Shown piece after piece: positions 60,584-64,000 of a DNA stretch of 64,000 bases. Origin of the DNA: Halorarum halobium (GTDB lineage Archaea > Halobacteriota > Halobacteria > Halobacteriales > Haloferacaceae); contig NZ_CP134949.1 in assembly GCF_032116555.1 (NCBI RefSeq), forward strand, positions 558,001-622,000, given 5' to 3'. Every line of letters starts with the position of its first letter. The stretch's first letter is position 1. A program made the position numbers and the translations under genes. The notes beneath the pieces are model-generated. The model was not told the origin of the DNA and did no database searches. It saw only the letters and a list, made by a program, of their open reading frames with translations.

Positions 60584-62422
60584 TCACTCGCCCCGCACGT
60601 CGCTTCCCTCGCCGGCCTCGCCGACCTCCGCGCGGTTCGAGGCCCCCGGGAGCATCGTGCCGTCGCCGCCGTTTCCGCCCGGCCCGTCTCCGCCGTACCC
60701 ATCACCGCCGTACCCGTTTCCGTCCCCGACATCGTCGGCGGGCGGCCCCCGTTCGCGCATGCTCTGTCGGGTGAACTGCGGCCGGGCCTGGATGCCGCGG
60801 CGCTTCGTCCGGAACGAGCGGTAGAGGAAGAACGCCATCGGGAGCGTGAGGAGGACGATGCCGACGGCGAGGTACGTCTCGAGCGTCGTGTCGCCGAAGG
60901 AGTAGATGATGGAGGCGGACAGCAGGCCGACCGCGGTGAGGATGGAGTAGGCGAGTCGCTTGGCCAACTTGTCGATGATGCTGCTCTCGTCGGTCAGCGT
61001 GACGTTCACCGTCAGGTCCTCGCGCTGAACCGAGTCGAGCACGGAGTCGAGCTTCGGCGGAACGGTGACGGCGGCCTCCGCGCTCTCTCGGATCCGGTTC
61101 ACCGCGTCGCGCACGAGCCGCTCTGCGGTCTCCTCCAGATAGCCCTGCTTCTGGAGGAAGTCAGTCGCCACCTCGATGAAGTCGAAGTTCGAGTCGAGCG
61201 TGACACAGACCCCCTCGACGACGGTGGCGACCCGGAGGACGAGCGCCATGTTCTGGGGGAGCCGCAGCGGGAAGTCGTAGATGGTCGACTCGACCTGTTC
61301 GATCACCTGCTGGACGCGGTACTGCTCGATTTCCTCCCCGCGCACGTCGGCGATGGCCAGTTCCATCACGTCGGCCATGACGGCGCGGTCCGCCTCCGGC
61401 GAGAGCGTCCCCATCGCCACCAGCGCGTCGAGGATGCCGTCGATGTCCTGGTTGGCGATGGCGACGTAGAAGTCGACGATGCGGTCCTGGACGAACGGGT
61501 CGACGTGGCCCGACATGCCGAAGTCGTAGAAGATGATGCGCCCGTCGTCGGTGACCGAGAGGTTCCCCGGGTGCGGGTCGGCGTGGAAGGTGCCGTCCTC
61601 GATGATCATCTGGAGGTACACCTCCTGGAGCGTCCGCGCGAGGTCGGTGCGGTCGATGCCGGCCCGGTCGAGCGCCTCGACGTCGCTGATCTTGATGCCC
61701 GGCCGGTACTCCATCGTGAGCACGCGCGGGCCCGAGGCCTCGCCGACCGTCCGCGGGATGACGATGCGGTCGTCCTCGGCGAAGTTGGCGCGGATGGTTT
61801 CGAGCATCGCCCGCTCGCGCTCGTAGTCCATCTCCTGGTTGATCGTCCGGTCGAACTCCTCGGCGAGGTTCTCCAGCGAGAACGACTGGCCCTGTCCGAC
61901 GAACCGCGAGATGACCGGCAGGGACCACTTGATCACCCGCAGGTCGGCGTTCACGAGCGCTTCGATGCCGGGCCGTCGGACCTTCACCGCGACCTCCCGG
62001 CCCTCGTAGGTGCCGACGTACACCTGGCCGAGGCTCGCCCCGGAGATTGGGTCGGCGTCGAACTCGTCGAACGTCTCCTCGACTGGACCGAGTTCCGATT
62101 CGAGCACCGTCCGCGTCTCGTCCCACGGCGCGGGCGGCACCTCGTCCTGGAGCGTCGACAGCACGTCGATGTACTCGGGCGGGAGCACGTCCGGCCGGGT
62201 CGAGAGGATCTGGCCGAGCTTGATGAACGTCGGTCCGAGCGTCAACAGCGTGTCGAGCAGCACCCGGGCGCGCTCGCGGCGCATCCCGGGCGAGACGTCG
62301 CGGGACCCCCCGAACAGGAGGAAGCGGCGGCGGTCGCGTGCGTAGGCGACGATGAGGGGGAGAAAGCGATACACCACCAGCGGGAACCGCCAGTAGGCGC
62401 GGGGAGAGACCAGCGTGACCAC
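60584..62422 (-). CDS. ABC1/UbiB (AarF) family atypical kinase
   Basis: LGPTFIKLGQILSTRPD, ASLGQV, VAVKV, FHADPHPGN, DFGM. Confidence 0.94.
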   Translation of the reverse strand: MVTLVSPRAYWRFPLVVYRFLPLIVAYARDRRRFLLFGGSRDVSPGMRRERARVLLDTLLTLGPTFIKLGQILSTRPDVLPPEYIDVLSTLQDEVPPAPWDETRTVLESELGPVEETFDEFDADPISGASLGQVYVGTYEGREVAVKVRRPGIEALVNADLRVIKWSLPVISRFVGQGQSFSLENLAEEFDRTINQEMDYERERAMLETIRANFAEDDRIVIPRTVGEASGPRVLTMEYRPGIKISDVEALDRAGIDRTDLARTLQEVYLQMIIEDGTFHADPHPGNLSVTDDGRIIFYDFGMSGHVDPFVQDRIVDFYVAIANQDIDGILDALVAMGTLSPEADRAVMADVMELAIADVRGEEIEQYRVQQVIEQVESTIYDFPLRLPQNMALVLRVATVVEGVCVTLDSNFDFIEVATDFLQKQGYLEETAERLVRDAVNRIRESAEAAVTVPPKLDSVLDSVQREDLTVNVTLTDESSIIDKLAKRLAYSILTAVGLLSASIIYSFGDTTLETYLAVGIVLLTLPMAFFLYRSFRTKRRGIQARPQFTRQSMRERGPPADDVGDGNGYGGDGYGGDGPGGNGGDGTMLPGASNRAEVGEAGEGSDVRGE

Positions 62423-62428
62423 CCCGCC

Positions 62429-62785
62429 TTACGCGTCCGAGATCGGGATGGTTCGTTCCGTGGCGGCGGCCCGCTTGCGGAGTCGGACCTCCAGCACCCC
62501 CCTGTCCATCGACGCGTTCGCGTCCTCGTCGGTCGCGTCCGGCGGGAGCGGGAGGTCGGCGTCGAGAAACAGCGTCCGGTCCTCGTCGACGTACTCGAAC
62601 TCGGCCGGGACGTCCTTCTCGCGGCGCGCTTCGACGTGCAGGCGACCGCCCTCGAAGGTCACCTCGGTCGTCCCGGCGGTCGCGCCGGGCAGGTCGACCA
62701 CGAGGAGGTACTCGTCGTCGCTCTCCAGCACGTCCGCGAACACGGCCGCGGGAAGTTCCTTCAGCGCCTCGCGCAGTGTCGACAT
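62429..62785 (-). CDS. Hsp20/alpha-crystallin family protein
   Basis: DVLES..EY..VVDLPG, A.MDRGVLEV.L.K. Confidence 0.9.
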   Translation of the reverse strand: MSTLREALKELPAAVFADVLESDDEYLLVVDLPGATAGTTEVTFEGGRLHVEARREKDVPAEFEYVDEDRTLFLDADLPLPPDATDEDANASMDRGVLEVRLRKRAAATERTIPISDA

Positions 62786-63078
62786 GGATGGGAGTAGGGG
62801 TGGACGGTCGAAAAAGGCCGCGGTCACTTCCGGGCGGGATCGCTCGTGAAATCTCCGAACGCGATCGTCGCCGACGACGCCGTCCGTGTCGGGACAGGGG
62901 CTCGAAACCGGACGGTCGAGAGCAACCGGGGATTTCGAGGCGTCCGGCACGACGGCCGGACACGTTTCCGATCACGACCGCCGAACGGGCCAGCGGTCAC
63001 CGCACGTCCCGACACTCGACTCGAATCCAGATCACCGGGACCCCCATCGTTTAGCGTTCCTCGGACACACTCTCGTCC

Positions 63079-64000
63079 ATGGAGATCGCACCGTTCGAAC
63101 TCGAACGATGGTTCGCCGAGTACGAGCACGAGGCGGATATCATGCTCGCCGAATCCGGCATCAGATCGCTGCACGCCGACCGGTTCGACCTCGACGTGGG
63201 CGAACTGGGGTACGTCATCCCGACGAACGGCGACCCGGACCTGCGGGCCGACCTCGGGGCGCGCTACGACCGGAGCGCGGACGAGGTGCTGTTCACCTGT
63301 GGCACCCAGGAGGCGAACTTCCTGACGTTCATGGCGCTGCTGGGCTCCGAACACGGCGACGAGGCGGTCGTCGTCACGCCGACGTACCAGGCGCTCGACG
63401 GCCTCCCCGAGGCGTTCGGCGAGGTGACCCGCGTCGGTCTCGAACCGCCCGAATGGGAACTCGACGTCGACGCCGTCGCCGAGGCCGTCACCGACGACAC
63501 CGCGGTCGTGGTGCTGGCGAACCCGAACAACCCGACCGGGCGCTACCATCCCGAGGCGACCGTGAGAGAGCTCTACGACGTGGCGGCCGCCCACGACGCC
63601 TACCTGCTCTGTGACGAGGTGTACCGACTGCTCACGGAGGACCCGCTCCCGCCGGTCGCGTCGTTCGGCGAGCGGGGGCTCTCGACCGCGAGCCTCACGA
63701 AGGCGTACGGGCTCGCGGGCACCCGGTTCGGCTGGCTCGTCGGCGACGGGTCGGTCGTCGATGCGGCCTGGGAGTGGAAGGACTACACGACCATCTCGCC
63801 CTCGGCGTTCGGCCAGCACCTCGCGCGGCAGGCGCTGGGCGAGCAGGAGGACGAAATCTTGCGTGAGAACCGCCACCTGGCCCGGAAACACCACGACATG
63901 GTCGCGGCGTGGCTCGACGAGCACGGCCTCGACTGGCACGACCCGGTCGGCGTCAACGGGTTCGTCACGGTGCCGGACGGGTTCGACGGGTCCCGCGAGT
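63079..64000 (+). CDS. Class I/II PLP aminotransferase (3' end outside the window)
   Basis: MEIAPFELERWF, NPNNPTG, DEVYR, SLTKAYGLAGTRFGW. Confidence 0.9.
   Translation, partial: MEIAPFELERWFAEYEHEADIMLAESGIRSLHADRFDLDVGELGYVIPTNGDPDLRADLGARYDRSADEVLFTCGTQEANFLTFMALLGSEHGDEAVVVTPTYQALDGLPEAFGEVTRVGLEPPEWELDVDAVAEAVTDDTAVVVLANPNNPTGRYHPEATVRELYDVAAAHDAYLLCDEVYRLLTEDPLPPVASFGERGLSTASLTKAYGLAGTRFGWLVGDGSVVDAAWEWKDYTTISPSAFGQHLARQALGEQEDEILRENRHLARKHHDMVAAWLDEHGLDWHDPVGVNGFVTVPDGFDGSRE

Noticed and set aside
60026..62797. 923-aa plus-strand ORF and similar long ORFs (52830-55349, 39325-41592, 18652-20304, 5452-7110)
   Set aside because: Antisense shadows of well-supported genes, expected from high-GC codon bias, with no motifs of their own.

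Overview
High-GC (about 70%) chromosomal segment of a halophilic archaeon (Halobacteria; acidic proteins, many apparently leaderless genes). It is mostly core and housekeeping genes: katG 3' end, pdaD, aIF5B, PRC-barrel cell-division protein, nob1, pgi, secFD, rnhB, pus10, sucCD, mutY, coxB/ctaB, ribH, a Hel308 paralogue, geranylgeranyl reductase, KDPG aldolase and others. It also carries a cobalt-type nitrile hydratase cluster (beta, alpha, His-rich accessory protein). The most unusual content is non-coding. (1) At least nine intergenic copies of a modular palindromic element with the scaffold CTCGAAAGCCCC - arm A - GGCCCCTTTCAGTCCCACC - linker - CCTCCCCAGCC - arm B - CGCGCGCC. About 50-60 bp double-hairpin cassettes are inserted into it, and into one another. 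Empty and filled sites, compensatory stem changes, a flipped loop and recombinant copies are all visible within the window. (2) A tandem array of about 60-bp hairpins at 25.9-26.1 kb. (3) A promoter- and terminator-delimited structured sRNA candidate at 35.74-35.90 kb. No transposase, CRISPR array, tRNA or rRNA gene was recognised. All calls come from reading motifs by eye; no database search was run.
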